This document shows positions 61,498 to 64,000 of a DNA stretch of 64,000 nucleotides, piece by piece. Position numbers and translations under genes: made by a program. This DNA comes from Antedon mediterranea (lineage: Eukaryota > Animalia > Echinodermata). Numbering within the stretch: the first letter of the stretch is position 1; every line of letters begins with the position of its first letter. The notes under the pieces were generated by a model. The model was not told where the DNA came from. It made no database searches and was given only the letters and a program-made list of their open reading frames with translations. The stretch covers positions 25,623,365 to 25,687,364 of the forward strand of contig NC_092678.1 of the NCBI RefSeq assembly GCF_964355755.1, written 5' to 3'.

Positions 61498-63347
61498 CTA
61501 TTTAGTTTCAATAGGAGCACCTTCTTTCAACTTTGCTCCTAAAAATCCACTAAGGTAAGTCATCATACTCAGTTCGTCAATCTTTGAATCTGTAAGCTCT
61601 TCAGGTGTTAAAACCTATAAAATGAAATAGGAAATTATTAAAGACAATGCAGTTGTCCTTGTGTGTAAACATTGGACATCCTAAATGCTTAGTTATAATC
61701 TACCTGTGTAACACCTAACCAATCATCTGCAAGCTGCATAATCTTTCGTAAATGTTCAACTACCTCGCTGTTCTCATTGTCATCTTTGAGTTTAGGACAC
61801 AAACCTAAAGAAAAATATTAAAAAACAACACTCATTGTCTTTCTTTGTCATCTGCCAATTGGCAGGTCCATGATAGTCTTCTTTCTCCATACTTCTCTAT
61901 TTAGTGATTCTTCTTCTAGTTCCGAATATTTTTAGTTTTTAATCTATCAAGCATAGCTATCCTTATTATACTTAACACTTATTATATAAAAATATTTTAC
62001 TTTTTCTTAAAAGATGCTATTTTTAAATAAAACCTTATTTACAGTAAATTACTATACTAGTTTTTAAATTTGTTTGGGTCTTTAAAAAAGTAAAAATGTA
62101 TAGTTTGGGTGTAGGCCTTACCTGGTGCGTGGGCGTCGACCAACGCATGAACAGCACAGCCATCATTCCAATCTGTCGTCAAGTTGTTGATCGTTGGTTT
62201 TTCTATCTTGTCTTTTACCCAGTTGAGTAATTGCTGATTTCTGGTGCTCTCTTGTTCAGTTATATCTTCCAGTTTTAAGAATGCATACTTAAGTATAAGT
62301 GACCATATCACTCCCCCAATCTGGCTCACATTTCCATTTACAATTTCCCCTGCATCTGTTTTGAATGATAATTATAGAATTTAATATGTAAAGGAAATGT
62401 GATTAGTTTAGTGTGTATATTGGTGCTTTGATATAGCCCTACTCCCCACCCAAATCTTTCCCCCTCTCCAAATGCCATACCCTACAGTATATTCAAACCT
62501 CTTCCTTCTCACCCCCTTTCACACTACAATACCCAGGGTCATTATATTCTAGATGGCAGGCATATGTAGAGGAATGTGATTAGTTTAGTGTGTATATTGG
62601 TGCTTTGAAAAATTGTTCCACCTTGTGCCATGTAAATAGTACTACTACTCCCCCACCTGACTCTTCCCCCACCTGACTCTGCCCCCACCTGACTCTGCCC
62701 CCACCTGACTCTTCCCCCACCTGACTCTTCCCCCTCCTCGCCCTCCAAATGCCCTACCTTATATTTAAACCTCGACTCTTTCCCCATCCCCTTTCATACC
62801 AACACTGTCAAGCAACATTCAGGGCCATTACATTCGAGGTGTATATTATGTGTATATGAAATGTGTACTTTATTCTACCAGTGGCGGATCCAGTATTTTG
62901 AAATGGCAAATTTTAAGTGCCGAACTGAAATTAGTGTCCTATCCTTTGCATTACAATAGCAACATTTAGGTGAGCCTGCTGAGTGCGCCTGCTGAGTGAG
63001 CCTGCTGAGTGCCCCCTTGAATTCGCCTATGTTCGTATTGTCTAAAAATGACCCGAATGATACTTACCAAAGCCAATAAGCTTAAGTCCTTCACTTCTTA
63101 CTAACTCCAGAGCTACCTGTACATTCTCAATCTTTTTTGACTTGAATAACGCCATTTTATTGTAGCGTGGTATTTTCCTGTTTGTTACCTTTTCCACTAA
63201 TGTAATTAGGATGACACCATTGCTGAAATCTTTACCTATACTTTTGACACGTTTACCACTGCCTTCTAATTGTTTGTTACACCAGCGAATAACAACATTT
63301 TGTTGCAATTGTGTCCATTCTGTATCGGGTCCTGGATCTTCTGACAT
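61498..63347 (-). CDS. Filamin-like protein consisting only of the tandem calponin-homology actin-binding domain, 243 aa. Exons 63347-63068, 62355-62122, 61804-61704, 61614-61498
   Basis: CH1: WTQLQQNVVIRWCNKQL, KIENVQVALELV, IGGVIWSLILKY. CH2: LLNWVKDKI, NLTTDWNDGCAVHALVDAHAPGLCP, ADDWLGV, IDELSMMTYLSGF. Ends AKLKEGAPIETK*. Confidence 0.88.
62648..62735. repeat. 16-bp C-rich tandem repeat (cccccacctgactctk), ~5 copies
   Basis: Directly visible in the sequence; gives G5 runs on the minus (sense) strand of the filamin-like intron 1. Confidence 0.85.
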
Positions 63348-64000
63348 TGTCTTATTCCTCAATGTAGTGCAGTTGATATCAATCTATGGTTTTTGTTCCG
63401 TCAAAATGTCAGTGAGGCTTTGCCAGCTTATGAGTTCTGTGTTGATACAATTCTGTCACTATAAAAAAGTCTTGTAAATAATCGATGTATATGTGCGTGA
63501 ATATGTCAACAATAGTATTGTAATATGTATTTGGGGCGAATCTACATGTAGGTTTAATCCTTAATAAACACAATTACAATTGAACAGTTTAAAAGATCAT
63601 ATTGAGTCAGACTTTGTATTGTTATGTAAAACATGCTTGTCATAAATATCAATTTATAACAACAGTATGAATAATTGGTACAAAAAGCAGGAGGGCTCAG
63701 CCATGTGGAACACGCAAACATACCAGTTTCACCCGTAATGACCATATATGGGCATTAGTGTGGTTAATGTAAAAGAATATAATATACATTTGAATGTAAA
63801 CTAAAAATGAGTGGGTGAGTGCTTACAGGGCAAGGCTATACTGCTGTGTATTATCAAATATCAAATGAGTGGGTGAGTGCTTACAGGGCAAGGCTAATAT
63901 ACTGCTGTGTATTATCAAATATTTAATAATTCTACATTTGTACTGATTTATTAAAGTATACACATTATAATGTAAGAAGCTAAAGTTTATAAAATGTTTA

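Noticed and set aside
62542-62787. Gly-rich ORF with ESGGGRVRWG repeats
   Set aside because: An intronic 16-bp tandem repeat; the filamin-like exons join in frame without it.

Overview
AT-rich eukaryotic (metazoan) genomic DNA with short GT-AG introns. It is probably from a marine invertebrate deuterostome such as an echinoderm; this is an inference from gene content and SINE type only. Nine spliced protein-coding genes can be assembled by hand with consistent intron phases: the 3' part of a FAM120A-like gene (one exon frameshifted), LTA4H, two divergent head-to-head paralogous single-pass PPxY membrane proteins (one with an N-terminal EGF module), ALDH5A1/SSADH, GTF3C6, an HMGA2-like AT-hook gene, a PDZ + degenerate ROC + COR + death-domain gene, and a filamin-like protein consisting only of the actin-binding domain. 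Repeats include two MITE families, a 2.9-kb Foldback/MULE-like element with a 9-bp TSD, tRNA-derived SINEs, LINE fragments and several minisatellites. The most notable observations are: (1) the PDZ/pseudo-ROC/COR/death-domain architecture; (2) a candidate alternative last exon that would swap the HMGA acidic tail for a hydrophobic anchor; (3) the unnamed PPxY membrane-protein pair; (4) an LTA4H N-terminal signal-anchor extension; (5) repeated tandem duplications lying across splice sites. All family assignments come from motif recognition, not database searches.
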